From positions 1,184,001 through 1,248,000 of the forward strand of contig OY762940.1 of the NCBI GenBank assembly GCA_963667255.1: a DNA stretch of 64,000 nucleotides, given 5' to 3'. Both the position numbers and the translations under genes were made by a program. Origin of the DNA: Candidatus Cloacimonadota bacterium. Its GTDB lineage: Bacteria > Cloacimonadota > Cloacimonadia > G963667145. Below the pieces are notes generated by a model. The model had not been told where the DNA came from. It was given only the letters and a program-made list of their open reading frames with translations, and made no database searches. Of this stretch, positions 9,932 to 20,720 are shown piece after piece (the stretch's first letter is position 1; the number at the start of each line of letters is the position of its first letter).

Positions 9932-12564
9932 CAGAGATAGAAAGAGTAGACATTTCGCTATATTCGGGCATCGCATCCGACTCGAGACAGGTAAAGCAAA
10001 ACTATATCTTTATTTGCATAAAGGGTTTATTGCAAAATGGACACGATTTTGTCAATGATGCTATCAAAAACGGGGCATCGTTAATTATCGCCGAAGATAA
10101 AATCGAGACAAAAGTTCCTGTAATTGTGTGTAAAGACAGTCGTTTGGCAGCCGTCTATTTGTCAGACAAGTTTTACAGCAACCCGTCAGACAAGTTGAAG
10201 ATAGTGGGTATAACCGGAACTAACGGGAAATCGAGTTGCTCTTTCCTAACTCACAGAGTTTTAACTAAGTTAGGGTATAAAGCCGGCGTGATAGGAACCG
10301 GTAAATATCTAATAGGGACGGAAGAGTTCACGAACGAACGGACGACTCCCGACATTATAGAATTGCGGTATATTTTGTCCAAGATGGTAGAGGCTAAGGT
10401 TGAATTTGTTTTGATGGAAGTTTCTTCACATGCTATTGCTTTACAAAGAGTTGCAGGGATTAAATTTGATTTTGTTTGTTTCACAAATTTATCTCAAGAT
10501 CATTTGGATTTTCATAAGACTTTTGAAAACTATGTAGAAATTAAAATTAATTTTCTCAAAAATGCGATTTTTTGTGGGAGCATTGCTCTGATAAATTGGG
10601 ATGACGAGCAAGGTAAGATACTTGATAGCAATAAAATACTAAAGATTTCCTCAATAGATAAGAAAGCCGATTATTATTATAAATGTGAGAAAAGCGATTT
10701 GTCAGGGATTAAATTTTATCTAAACGATTTGAGCTGTTCCTCATCACTTTTAGGCGAGATTAATCTTTTCAATTCGGCTTTTATTTTGTCGCTGTTGGAT
10801 GTTATGCTGGGTAAAGTTTTTACCGATGTTTTACAGGGAATAAAGCCTTTGGAAGGCAGATACAATCTTATTAGGGACAATGTTTTGGTCGATTACGCTC
10901 ATAGTCCGGACTCGTTGCAGAAAGTGTTGCAATTTGCAAAAAAGTTAGGCAGGAAACGGATAATTACTTTGTTTGGCTGTGGTGGAAATAGAGACCGCGA
11001 TAAACGCAAAAAAATGGGCAAGATTGCCGTTGGAAATTCAGATTTGGTGATAGTGTGCGAGGACAACTCCCGCAAGGAAAATGTGGTTGATATTGTCTCC
11101 GAGATAGCTGATGGTAACGATATGTCTAAAATAGTTATTATAAAGTCTCGTAAAATTGCTATAACTTATGGATTGTCAATCAGTAAGGAAGAAGACATTT
11201 TTTTGGTTTTAGGGCGAGGAGCAGAAAAAAAGATTGATAGGGGGTTTGAGGTTTTGCCGTTTTCTGATTTAGAATATTTATCAGGAAATTTGGACAATTC
11301 GTTCAAACAAGTTTTTGATCCGCTTTGGGTTGAGAAAGTTCTCAATTCATCTTTTGGAGGAAATTTTTCCTTGGATTTTGTGTTTGAGAGAGTTGTAACG
11401 GACTCAAGAAATTTAGAGGAAAACTCTTTGTTTATAGCGTTACCTGGGAAAAATTTTGACTCAAATCAATTTGTAAGACAAGTGCTGGAAACTCAAGGGT
11501 GCTGTGCAGTTGTTAATAAAGAATGCGAAATTGAAGATGACAGGGTGTTGGTCGTTGAAGATACAGTGGATGCTTACCAATCTTTGGCTAAAGCTTATTT
11601 ATCGCATTTCGATCCTGTGAAAATCGGCATTACCGGTAGTGTGGGAAAAACCACCACGAAAGAGATATTAAGCAATGTGTTGAGCCAAGACGGGAAAGTG
11701 TTGAAAACTTTTGCCAACGAAAATAATCAGATTGGAGTCCCTAAGACGATTTTTCGCCTAACCCCTTCGCACAAATATTTGTTGATAGAAATGGGAACTG
11801 ATCACCCGGGGGAAATAGAAAAGCTTGCATCGGTTGTTTGCCCGAATATCGGGATTATTACCAATGTGAGTGCCAGTCATCTGCAAGCTTTCAGGACAAT
11901 TAAGGGCGTTTATCAAGAAAAAAAGAGGTTGTTTGATTATAGCGATATAAAGTTGACATTGGCAAAGGAATTTTTTGATGAGAGTTTGGATTTTGATATA
12001 ATTGAGAAAGATGAAAATGTTTTTGTCAAAATCGATAAACAGATTTTTGAATTGGGGAATCAACCGAGATTTAGAGCAGATGCAGCAGCTATAGCTGTAA
12101 AAGTGGGAATGATTTTGAGTGTCGATAACTCTAAAATCTCCAAAGGTTTATCTCAGTTTCTTGACTTGGAAAATAGGTTAGAAATCAAAAATATTGATGG
12201 CGTTGATTTTATTTTCGATTGTTATAACGCAAATCCATTGTCCATGAGAGAATCTATAAAATTTTGGAAAAATTATAAGAAAAATAGAAATCATATTGCA
12301 ATTTTGGGAGATATGTTGGAGTTAGGAGACAAGGAAATCGATTTTCACGCAGAAATTGGCAAATTTGTTACAGGCTATACAATTTTTGGTGTTGGCAGGC
12401 TCTCTAAGCACTACAATCCGACATATTATTATGGGAATGTTGACAGATTTTGCGAAAATCTCCCAAAGTTTTCTTCGGGAGATGTTGTTCTGATCAAAGG
12501 TTCAAATGGAGTTGGGTTGACAAAACTAAAGAAGATTTTGGAAAGTAAATCAAAGGAATTATAA
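9928..12564 (+). CDS. murEF: Fused MurE-MurF peptidoglycan precursor ligase
   Basis: One 878-aa ORF with two P-loops (GITGTNGKS; GITGSVGKTT); MurE motifs MEVSSH, DHLDFH, DYAH, CGGNRD, DNSR; MurF motifs NNQIGVP, EMGT, DCYNANP, GDMLELG, KGS. Confidence 0.93.
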   Translation: MTEIERVDISLYSGIASDSRQVKQNYIFICIKGLLQNGHDFVNDAIKNGASLIIAEDKIETKVPVIVCKDSRLAAVYLSDKFYSNPSDKLKIVGITGTNGKSSCSFLTHRVLTKLGYKAGVIGTGKYLIGTEEFTNERTTPDIIELRYILSKMVEAKVEFVLMEVSSHAIALQRVAGIKFDFVCFTNLSQDHLDFHKTFENYVEIKINFLKNAIFCGSIALINWDDEQGKILDSNKILKISSIDKKADYYYKCEKSDLSGIKFYLNDLSCSSSLLGEINLFNSAFILSLLDVMLGKVFTDVLQGIKPLEGRYNLIRDNVLVDYAHSPDSLQKVLQFAKKLGRKRIITLFGCGGNRDRDKRKKMGKIAVGNSDLVIVCEDNSRKENVVDIVSEIADGNDMSKIVIIKSRKIAITYGLSISKEEDIFLVLGRGAEKKIDRGFEVLPFSDLEYLSGNLDNSFKQVFDPLWVEKVLNSSFGGNFSLDFVFERVVTDSRNLEENSLFIALPGKNFDSNQFVRQVLETQGCCAVVNKECEIEDDRVLVVEDTVDAYQSLAKAYLSHFDPVKIGITGSVGKTTTKEILSNVLSQDGKVLKTFANENNQIGVPKTIFRLTPSHKYLLIEMGTDHPGEIEKLASVVCPNIGIITNVSASHLQAFRTIKGVYQEKKRLFDYSDIKLTLAKEFFDESLDFDIIEKDENVFVKIDKQIFELGNQPRFRADAAAIAVKVGMILSVDNSKISKGLSQFLDLENRLEIKNIDGVDFIFDCYNANPLSMRESIKFWKNYKKNRNHIAILGDMLELGDKEIDFHAEIGKFVTGYTIFGVGRLSKHYNPTYYYGNVDRFCENLPKFSSGDVVLIKGSNGVGLTKLKKILESKSKEL

Positions 12565-13665
12565 ATGTTTTATTTTTTATATAATTATATTGGGCAAAAT
12601 AATGTTTTACTTAATGTTCTTCGATATGTAACATTTCGCTCTGCAGCTGCTTTCGTGACGGCGTTTCTGTTCTCATTTTTGGTCGGTCCTTGGACTATCA
12701 AATACTTGAAGAGAATGAAAATTGTAGAGAGCATCAACTCGTTTATGCCTCAGCACAACACCAAGCAAGGCACGCCCTCAATGGGTGGAGTTATAATAAT
12801 TTGTGGACTTATGCTCTCGTCGCTGTTGTGGAACGATTTGAGTTCTCCGTATATTCTTATTCTGTATTTTGTTGCGATTTGGTTGGGGGCTTTGGGATTT
12901 ATAGACGATTACCTAAAGAACATAAAAGGCTATGGAGAAGGATTGGTAGCCAAGCATAAGCTATGGGGGCAGATATCTTTATCTCTCTTGACTTTTTGCT
13001 TCCTTTATATAATTCATCCCGATTTTTCAGTTTTGGGCAAAATTTCTGTTCCTTTTTTGAAAAACACTTTTTGGGAACTAAACTTTTTCTTTATTCCTTT
13101 CTTGATTTTTTTGATTGTCGGCTCGTCTAACGCTGTAAATATAAGTGACGGTTTAGACGGCTTAGCCGGAGGTTTGGTCTGCATTTGTCTGATACCTATA
13201 GGCATTTTGGCGTATATGAAAGGCAATGTCATTTTGTGCAATCACTTTCATTTGGAGTTCATTCAAGAGGGCTCAGAGATTTGCGTGTTCGTTTTTGCAA
13301 TAATTGGCACAACGCTGGGTTTTCTGTGGTATAACGCAAATCCGGCACAAATTTTCATGGGTGATACCGGTTCTCTTTGCCTCGGTGGTTTGCTGGCGGT
13401 GATTTCCATAATCATTAGGGAAGAATTGTTATTAGGAATTACGGCTTTTGTTTTGGTAGCGGAAACGCTTTCCTCTTTCTTGCAAACCTCATATTTTAAA
13501 TATACCAAGAAAAAATTTGGAGTAGGCAAACGACTGTTTTTATGTGCTCCGCTACATCACCATTTCGAGAGAAAAGGGTTGTCAGAGGAAAAAATAGTTA
13601 TTAGATTTTGGATAATTGCGGTTATTTTTGCCGCCTTGGCATTGATGACGATAAAACTTCGGTAG
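12565..13665 (+). CDS. mraY: Phospho-N-acetylmuramoyl-pentapeptide transferase
   Basis: GTPSMGG, GFIDDY, SNAVNISDGLDGL, FMGDTGS, APLHHHFE; multi-TM. Confidence 0.97.
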   Translation: MFYFLYNYIGQNNVLLNVLRYVTFRSAAAFVTAFLFSFLVGPWTIKYLKRMKIVESINSFMPQHNTKQGTPSMGGVIIICGLMLSSLLWNDLSSPYILILYFVAIWLGALGFIDDYLKNIKGYGEGLVAKHKLWGQISLSLLTFCFLYIIHPDFSVLGKISVPFLKNTFWELNFFFIPFLIFLIVGSSNAVNISDGLDGLAGGLVCICLIPIGILAYMKGNVILCNHFHLEFIQEGSEICVFVFAIIGTTLGFLWYNANPAQIFMGDTGSLCLGGLLAVISIIIREELLLGITAFVLVAETLSSFLQTSYFKYTKKKFGVGKRLFLCAPLHHHFERKGLSEEKIVIRFWIIAVIFAALALMTIKLR

Positions 13666-13668
13666 ATT

Positions 13669-14949
13669 ATGGATTTTAAAGATAAAAAAGTTTGTGTTCT
13701 CGGTTTGGGGATTTCAGGACTTGCAGCCACAAAGAGACTTTTGCAATTGGGTGTGAAAGTTTTTGTGTCCGATAAGAGCGAAAAATCTTTGACCGAGTTG
13801 CAACGATTAGGTTGTGAATTTGAATTGGGAAACCATTCGGATAAGGTTTTGGATAACGATTTTATCGTTGTGAGTCCCGGAATAAGGCTGGATATTCCCA
13901 TTCTGAAAAAAGCTCGTAAAAATGGCATCAACATCTTGTCTGAGATTGAGTTAGGTTATCTATTGAAGCCTGAAAAAACCAAGATTATTGCAGTGACAGG
14001 AACGAACGGGAAAAGCACTGTCGTTTCGCTAATTAAGCACATTTTGGATGTTGGAGGAGTCAAAGCTGGATTGGCAGGGAATATTGGTTTTCCTATAACC
14101 TCTTACGATTTGCAGAAAGAGCAGTTTGACTATTTGGTTTTGGAGCTCTCCAGTTTCCAGTTGGAATTATTGGAAGCCTTCAAAGCTGACATAGCTATTT
14201 TGTTAAACATTACACCCGATCATCTTAATCGTTATTCTTCGTTTGAGGAGTATGCTCAAATCAAATATAACATTTTTAAAAATCAATCAAAGCGAGATAA
14301 AGCTATATTTTCAAACGAGATAAATAGACCACAAATAAGTTCATCTTGTTTGACAATGGAAGATTTTTTATATGGAAATGAAATTGTTGTAAATGGATTT
14401 GCATTCAAAAATTGTAACAAAACCCTTTTGGGAAACCATAATCTAAAAAACATAACATTCTCTGTTCTCGCTTGTTATAATATAGTTCCTAATAATTTAA
14501 TTCAGAAAGCTATAAACAGTTTTTCGCCTTTGGAGCATCGTTTGGAGAAGTTTTATGAAAGCAAAGGGATTGTCTTTGTTAACGATTCCAAAGCTACCAC
14601 AGTGGATTCGACTTTGTGTGCGTTGCAAGCATTCAGCCAAAAAATTGTTCTGATTTTGGGTGGTTCGGATAAGGGCGAAGATTTTAATAGACTTTTACCT
14701 CTTTTGAAAGAAAAATGTAAAAAAGTTTATTTGATAGGGGAAACTGGTAAAGTTATGTTTTCGTCTTTCCAAAACGATGTTGATTGTGAGTATGTTCTTG
14801 AGTTTGAGGATTGTGTAAAAAAGTCAATTTCATCTGCTCTAAGTGGAGATATTGTGCTTTTGTCGCCCGCTTGTGCGAGTTATGATATGTTCGACAATTT
14901 TGAGCAAAGAGGCAGAAAATTTAAAGATTTGGTTAAAAATTTAGTTTAG
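13669..14949 (+). CDS. murD: UDP-MurNAc-L-Ala-D-Glu ligase
   Basis: GLGISG, VSPGI, TGTNGKST, ELSSFQL, DHLNRY, NDSKAT, LSPACASYDMF. Confidence 0.96.
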   Translation: MDFKDKKVCVLGLGISGLAATKRLLQLGVKVFVSDKSEKSLTELQRLGCEFELGNHSDKVLDNDFIVVSPGIRLDIPILKKARKNGINILSEIELGYLLKPEKTKIIAVTGTNGKSTVVSLIKHILDVGGVKAGLAGNIGFPITSYDLQKEQFDYLVLELSSFQLELLEAFKADIAILLNITPDHLNRYSSFEEYAQIKYNIFKNQSKRDKAIFSNEINRPQISSSCLTMEDFLYGNEIVVNGFAFKNCNKTLLGNHNLKNITFSVLACYNIVPNNLIQKAINSFSPLEHRLEKFYESKGIVFVNDSKATTVDSTLCALQAFSQKIVLILGGSDKGEDFNRLLPLLKEKCKKVYLIGETGKVMFSSFQNDVDCEYVLEFEDCVKKSISSALSGDIVLLSPACASYDMFDNFEQRGRKFKDLVKNLV

Positions 14950-14953
14950 AGAT

Positions 14954-16057
14954 ATGTTTGATTTTTTTAAAAAAGCGGATAGATTTATAACGATAGCCTA
15001 CATTTTTCTTGTGTGCATTGGGTTATATTTTGTGATGAACATAGCTTCATACGGGCATATGGCTAAGTTTATGAAGCAGATTGTTTGGGTTTTGATATCA
15101 TTTGTTGCTGTTTTGGTATCTTTTGAGTTGGATTTGGAGAAAATCAAAAAACTAATTCCTTTTATGCTCATTTTTGTCTCTTGTTTGCTCATTCTGGTTT
15201 TGCTTTTTGGAGTGGAAATCAGAGGAGCGAGAAGGCTTTTCCATTTCGGGTTCATCTCGTTTCAACCGAGTTTGTTGGCACGGCTGGTTTTGATTTTGTA
15301 TTTCGCCTATATTTTGGACAAAAAAAAAGAATGCAAAATTAGCGGGCTAAAAGATTTTTTTACCCATTATAAGCAGCTTGTTTTGGTTTCTGTTGTAATA
15401 TTTTCTCTTATTTTAGCCGGAAGGCATTTAAGCATTCTGATTATTCTCGGCTTGTCCCTTCTTATGATGTTAATTGCTGCAGGGATTAGCAAGCGAATTG
15501 TTTTTGTTCTTATCTCCACTCTGGCGGTTTTATTGGTTTTAGTTGTAAGTTTTGGAGCCAGCTTCAGATTGCAAAGAATTGGCGTTTACCAAAAATACAA
15601 TCTTTTGATGAGTGAAGACACCTCTTTCGTCCTCAGGGAAGGAGCGGACTATTCTACCAAGCAGAGCCTTATGGCTTTGGCTTCCGGCGGATTTTTTGGC
15701 GGAGACGGCAGAGCAAAAGACTCAAATCTCCCCGAGGCAGACACGGATTACATTTTTTCGGTAATAGCCGAAGAGTTTGGATTTTTTGGGGCTTTCATCA
15801 TAATTATCGCTTTTGCTATCATCTACTTTAGAGCCCTAAAACTTCTGAGTTCGGAAACAAATCTTTACAAGAAACTTATGGGAGTTGGCTTAATTCACAA
15901 TATTTTTTACAATGTCATAGTCCATATAGGGGTAACTATTTCCATGCTACCGCCGACAGGGGTTACTTTGCCATTCATCAGCTATGGAGGGACTTCGATG
16001 TTGGTCAACTCTTTGTCCATTGGCATAATTCTTAATCTTACCAAAAAAGAGATTTGA
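14954..16057 (+). CDS. ftsW: SEDS-family peptidoglycan polymerase FtsW
   Basis: GARR, FQPS, LPEADTDYIF..IAEE.G, TGVTLPFISYGGTS; dcw position. Confidence 0.9.
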   Translation: MFDFFKKADRFITIAYIFLVCIGLYFVMNIASYGHMAKFMKQIVWVLISFVAVLVSFELDLEKIKKLIPFMLIFVSCLLILVLLFGVEIRGARRLFHFGFISFQPSLLARLVLILYFAYILDKKKECKISGLKDFFTHYKQLVLVSVVIFSLILAGRHLSILIILGLSLLMMLIAAGISKRIVFVLISTLAVLLVLVVSFGASFRLQRIGVYQKYNLLMSEDTSFVLREGADYSTKQSLMALASGGFFGGDGRAKDSNLPEADTDYIFSVIAEEFGFFGAFIIIIAFAIIYFRALKLLSSETNLYKKLMGVGLIHNIFYNVIVHIGVTISMLPPTGVTLPFISYGGTSMLVNSLSIGIILNLTKKEI

Positions 16058-16058
16058 A

Positions 16059-17102
16059 TTGGTGAAAGTTGTAATATCGGGAGGTGGGACAGCTGGTCAT
16101 ATCATCCCCGCTTTAGTGATAGGTAACGCTCTAAAAGAAAAAGGCAACGAAGTCGTTTTTGTGGGGAACGCAGACTCTATGGAAGAAAAACTTGCAGTTG
16201 ATTTTTCTTATTTTCCCATAGCTGTCCAAAAATTGTATAGGAAATTTACCTTCAAACACATTTTATTTCCCATTAAATTATTTTTCAGCTTTTTTAAGTG
16301 CTTGCTTTTTTTCTTCAAGTTTAAACCGAATATTTTTGTGGGAAGTGGGGGATTTGTTTGTGCTCCACCGGCGTTAGCAGCCATTTTTTACAATAAATTG
16401 GCTAAAAGAAAAATTCTCATCTATTTCCATGAGCAAAACTCATATCCGGGCTTAGTTACGCGAAAATTGGGGAAATATGCTAAAACCGTTTTTTTGGGAA
16501 ACGAAAAGGGAAACACTTATTTTCAAAGAAGTTTATTCGTAGGCAATCCAATCCAAAGTCAATCTGTTTCCAAAGGGAATAACATATTGGTTGTTGGAGG
16601 GTCGCAGGGCTCAGAGTTTCTGAATGAGAAATTTTTGGGAATTTTGGATTTTCTGTTGGAGAGAGAGTTTCAAATAGATTGGCAGGTTGGAGAGAAAAAT
16701 ATTGAGTTGTATTCCTCTTTCAAAAGCGAAAAAGTCAATATTTTCGGGTTTTCAAACAAAATGCCCGAGATTTATAATAGGGCAGGATTGGTTATTTGCA
16801 GAGCTGGAGCTTTGACCATTGCGGAGCTACAAGCTCGCGGAGTGCCCGCCATTTTGGTTCCGTTGGGGATTTCAGCAGGCAATCATCAATATCAGAACGC
16901 TCTTTCTTACACCGAATCGGGAAGGGGAATTGTGTTGAAGGAGACGGAGTGCACAGAAGAGAGTTTGAAAGATGCTGTTCTACAAATTTTGGGAAATTAC
17001 GAGCAGTATAAAAATTTTGCCGAAAAAAATAGTTGCAAAGCTGACATCGGAAAAGTAATTAGCGAAAAAATTTACGGAGATTTTGAGAGAGGGAGGAAAT
17101 AG
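16059..17102 (+). CDS. murG: Undecaprenyl-PP-MurNAc-pentapeptide GlcNAc transferase
   Basis: GGGTAGH, GGFV, HEQN, GNP, GGSQG, RAGALT, HQYQNA. Confidence 0.95.
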   Translation: MVKVVISGGGTAGHIIPALVIGNALKEKGNEVVFVGNADSMEEKLAVDFSYFPIAVQKLYRKFTFKHILFPIKLFFSFFKCLLFFFKFKPNIFVGSGGFVCAPPALAAIFYNKLAKRKILIYFHEQNSYPGLVTRKLGKYAKTVFLGNEKGNTYFQRSLFVGNPIQSQSVSKGNNILVVGGSQGSEFLNEKFLGILDFLLEREFQIDWQVGEKNIELYSSFKSEKVNIFGFSNKMPEIYNRAGLVICRAGALTIAELQARGVPAILVPLGISAGNHQYQNALSYTESGRGIVLKETECTEESLKDAVLQILGNYEQYKNFAEKNSCKADIGKVISEKIYGDFERGRK

Positions 17103-17103
17103 T

Positions 17104-18564
17104 ATGGAAAAACTAAAGGCTTTTGATTTAAACAAAAAAACACTTAGCTTCATTTTGTTCAAGGCGTATTATTCATTAACGGACAAACAAAGACGATTGG
17201 TGGTAGAAAATTCCGTGAAAGACGGTTTGTATATAGAGGATTTTCGTCGTAACTATGTGTCTCGCAGTATGGTTGAGACGATTCAGACGAAAATGCAAGA
17301 GATTATCGATAGCGATTTGCCTATCGTGAAGAAAACAGTGTCGGTGGAGGAAGCCAAAGAAATTTTTAGTGAACGAAAAGATGTTTTGAAAAACATTGAG
17401 TTCTTGAAATTTGAGGAAGTAGATATTTATTGCTGTGAAGAGTATTGTGATTATATTGTGGGAGATTTGTTGGATAGCACAGGCAAAGTGGGGGAGTTCA
17501 AACTTTCCGATTATAGTCCCGGGTTTATTCTGCGGATGGCATCGTGGGAGACGGGAGAGTTCAACTCTAATTTCGATATATCAAAACGGCTGTTCAATGC
17601 TCATCAATCTTACAAAAGATGGCTTCTTCTCACTAAAATGTATAATTTGGGGTATCTAAATCAGGCGGTTGACAATGGCTCTATCAAAACACAAATTTTG
17701 ATGGATGAGACACGAGTTGAGCAGGAAATCACTAAAATTGCTTCCGCCATTCAGTGCGACAAATTGGTGAAATTGGTTCTTATTGCCGGTCCGTCTTCTT
17801 CGGGCAAAACGACATTCGCTTCCAAGCTGAGACTGCATTTGTCTGTTTTCGGGCTGAAGCCCGTGGTAATCAGTTTGGATGACTATTTTTTACCGCGAAC
17901 TCTCACTCCGCGTAAGCCTAATGGCGATTTTGATTTTGAGTGTTTGCAGTCGATAGATTTGCAGTTTCTGAATAAGGATTTAAACAAAATTTTAAGAGGG
18001 GAAGAGGTTGAACTCCCTAAATATGATTTCAAATCGGGAACACGAGAGAAAAGCGGACACACTATCAAACTTGGTTCTAAGCATATCCTAATCATTGAGG
18101 GCATTCATGCTCTGAACAGGGAACTTACTTATTCCATACCTTTTTCGCAAAAGAAGAGCATTTACATCAGCCCGCTGTTCCAACTAAATCTTGATAGACA
18201 CAATCGCATAACCACAACGGAAATTCGACAGTTGAGGCGGATAGTGAGAGATAAATACTATCGTGGATACTCTGCCGAAGACACTCTTGGTCGTTGGGAA
18301 TCCATCAGAGAAGGCGAAGACAAAAATATATTCCCATTCCAAGAGGAAGCGGATTTTATTTTTAATTCGGCTCTGACCTATGAATTGGCAGCCCTGAAAT
18401 CCCATGCTATCAGACCGCTATTGGAGGTTGAAAAAGAGTCTGCTAATTATCCAAAAGCTTGCAAACTGCTGGCTATACTGGAGCATGTAAAAGAGATAGA
18501 CGACACATTTATTCCCCCGACTTCGGTTTTGCGTGAGTTTATCGGGGGCAGTATTTTCCGTTAA
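17104..18564 (+). CDS. Uridine/nucleoside kinase with N-terminal ThrRS-editing-like region
   Basis: P-loop AGPSSSGKTT, ISLDDYF, EGIHAL, RRIVRD..RG, GEDKNIFP; N-terminus resembles ThrRS N2 region (MQEIIDSDLPI); ATG after GGAGG. Confidence 0.8.
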   Translation: MEKLKAFDLNKKTLSFILFKAYYSLTDKQRRLVVENSVKDGLYIEDFRRNYVSRSMVETIQTKMQEIIDSDLPIVKKTVSVEEAKEIFSERKDVLKNIEFLKFEEVDIYCCEEYCDYIVGDLLDSTGKVGEFKLSDYSPGFILRMASWETGEFNSNFDISKRLFNAHQSYKRWLLLTKMYNLGYLNQAVDNGSIKTQILMDETRVEQEITKIASAIQCDKLVKLVLIAGPSSSGKTTFASKLRLHLSVFGLKPVVISLDDYFLPRTLTPRKPNGDFDFECLQSIDLQFLNKDLNKILRGEEVELPKYDFKSGTREKSGHTIKLGSKHILIIEGIHALNRELTYSIPFSQKKSIYISPLFQLNLDRHNRITTTEIRQLRRIVRDKYYRGYSAEDTLGRWESIREGEDKNIFPFQEEADFIFNSALTYELAALKSHAIRPLLEVEKESANYPKACKLLAILEHVKEIDDTFIPPTSVLREFIGGSIFR

Positions 18565-18679
18565 TTGTAGAATATAACAAGAAGACAAAAAAATCTTGTC
18601 AAATAGGATTTAGATGAAAGTTTTGTCAGGATTGATTTATTGATGAAAGAGTTTGTAATTATATTTTAGGAACACAAAT

Positions 18680-19081
18680 ATGGGTTTAAGAAGAAAGGGT
18701 CGGGAAATTGCTATGCAGGCACTCTATGGTGATGATTACGACAAACAAAGGGTTTTTGATACTTTGGAGCAGATAGGCAATGACGAACAATTGGCTTCAA
18801 ATAGTTCTATCATTTTGTTTGCCAAAGAGTTAGTTTCTGGAGTGTTGGACAATTTGGAGCAAATTGACAGGATTATAATTACGAAATCGAAAAATTGGGA
18901 ATTTTCCAGAATTTCTCCCGTAGATAAGGCATTGCTGAGGATAGGAATTTTTGAACTTCTAAACACCAGTGTTCCTCGAGCCGTTGTCATTAATGAGGCT
19001 ATAGAGATTGCCAAAGTTTTTTCGACCGTGTCTTCGGGAAAATTTATCAATGGAATTTTGAATCAAGTTGAAGCGGATTGA
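18680..19081 (+). CDS. nusB: Transcription antitermination factor NusB
   Basis: RRKGRE.AMQALY, W..SRI..VDKALLR, INEAIEIAK, FINGIL. Confidence 0.95.
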   Translation: MGLRRKGREIAMQALYGDDYDKQRVFDTLEQIGNDEQLASNSSIILFAKELVSGVLDNLEQIDRIIITKSKNWEFSRISPVDKALLRIGIFELLNTSVPRAVVINEAIEIAKVFSTVSSGKFINGILNQVEAD

Positions 19082-19129
19082 AATAGTTTTTTAAGTTAGT
19101 TATTATTGCACTTTGGGAGAGTTAATAGT

Positions 19130-19969
19130 ATGAATTTTCAGGATATAATAAAAAATCTTAATAATTTTTGGGCAGATTGCGGTTGCAATATTTTGCAACC
19201 TTATGATGAGCAAGTTGGAGCCGGGACATTTCATCCTGCAACTTTTTTCGGCTCGTTGTCCGATAAGCCCACTTCTGTTGCTTATGTCCAGCCTTGTCGC
19301 AGACCGAAAGACGGCAGATATGGCGAAAATCCGAACAGATTACAGCATTATTATCAATATCAAGTCATTATCAAGCCTTCTCCAGATGATGTTCAAGAGT
19401 TGTATATCAAGAGCCTTCAGCATATAGGAATTGACACATCCAAGCACGATATTCGTTTTATTGAGGACGATTGGGAGTCTCCGACTTTGGGTGCTTGGGG
19501 ATTGGGATGGGAAGTTTGGCTTGACGGTATGGAAATCACGCAATTTACCTATTTTCAACAAGTTGGTGGCATAAATCTTTCCCCGATTAGTGTGGAACTA
19601 ACCTACGGTTTGGAGAGAATAGCCATGTATATTCAGAAAGTTGACGATTATCGAGACATTGCTTGGAACGACAAAACGACCTACGGCGATCTTTTCTACC
19701 AGAGAGAGGCACAATTCACAAATTTCAACTTTAACTATTCCGCACCTTCCATTTTATTTAAGCAATTTGATGAATATCGGGAGCAAGTTTTGTTTTTGTT
19801 GAAGAATGATTTGGTTTATCCTGCATACGATTATTTGTTGAAATGTTCACATTTATTCAATCTTCTTGATGCTCGAGGCTCTATTTCGGTCACACAACGA
19901 ACCGCCTATATCAAATCCATTCGGGATATGGCGAAGGGTTGTGCTCAAAAATATATCCAATTAAATTAA
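19130..19969 (+). CDS. glyQ: Glycyl-tRNA synthetase alpha subunit
   Basis: [55 protein letters not shown]. Confidence 0.97.
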   Translation: MNFQDIIKNLNNFWADCGCNILQPYDEQVGAGTFHPATFFGSLSDKPTSVAYVQPCRRPKDGRYGENPNRLQHYYQYQVIIKPSPDDVQELYIKSLQHIGIDTSKHDIRFIEDDWESPTLGAWGLGWEVWLDGMEITQFTYFQQVGGINLSPISVELTYGLERIAMYIQKVDDYRDIAWNDKTTYGDLFYQREAQFTNFNFNYSAPSILFKQFDEYREQVLFLLKNDLVYPAYDYLLKCSHLFNLLDARGSISVTQRTAYIKSIRDMAKGCAQKYIQLN

Positions 19970-19976
19970 ATAGGAA

Positions 19977-20711
19977 ATGCTTATGTTATTTAGATTTTTG
20001 ATTTTTATTTGTCTGCTTTTCTCTTTTACTCTTGGTTTTGGTGAGGATACTGAGAAGGTTGAGGTAAAACAAGAAGAAGTAGAGAACACTGTAGAAGAGG
20101 AAAGTTCATTCAAGATTTTTTCGAATTGCGAAGGGAATCTAAAAGAAGTGCAAGTTGTAGATGGTAATAGTGGAAAAAAAGACAGCAGTTCTCTTGATGT
20201 GATTGACGAAAAAGCTGCTGGAAACCTATACGATATGGAATTCCCAATAAAAGCAACTTTTGACTTTAATAAGCACGAGTTGCAAACCAAAGGGGTCTAT
20301 GTTCTCTACACAATGAGAAGAATATATTTTATTATCGGTGGCAGAGTTTATGGTCCGGTATACGACTCCAAAAAGGAGTTTTGGGAAAATAAGTGGGTAA
20401 TGCCGAAAGACTTCCAAAAAATTGCAAAAGATGAAGATTATGAAATTTATTATTTTGGTGATGTGCCTTACATACAACTAAAAAAATTCCATATCTATTG
20501 GCTATCTAAGTATAATACCAAAAAATATAAAGAGGCTACTACGAACGAATGTTATTTCACAGATATTTTGCTTAAAATGACCAATTACAAAATTAAATTT
20601 TATTCAATGTCTGAGGGGATGAGATTGTATGTGAAAGTTCCGCAAATAATGAAGAAGACCGAAAAATATTTCCCTCCTATAAAAGAAGTTTTTGAAGGCG
20701 AATTTCTTTAA
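19977..20711 (+). CDS. Hypothetical exported protein
   Basis: 244-aa ORF in operon context, N-terminal hydrophobic signal-like segment, acidic linker; no family recognised. Confidence 0.6.
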   Translation: MLMLFRFLIFICLLFSFTLGFGEDTEKVEVKQEEVENTVEEESSFKIFSNCEGNLKEVQVVDGNSGKKDSSSLDVIDEKAAGNLYDMEFPIKATFDFNKHELQTKGVYVLYTMRRIYFIIGGRVYGPVYDSKKEFWENKWVMPKDFQKIAKDEDYEIYYFGDVPYIQLKKFHIYWLSKYNTKKYKEATTNECYFTDILLKMTNYKIKFYSMSEGMRLYVKVPQIMKKTEKYFPPIKEVFEGEFL

Positions 20712-20720
20712 ATAATAGTG

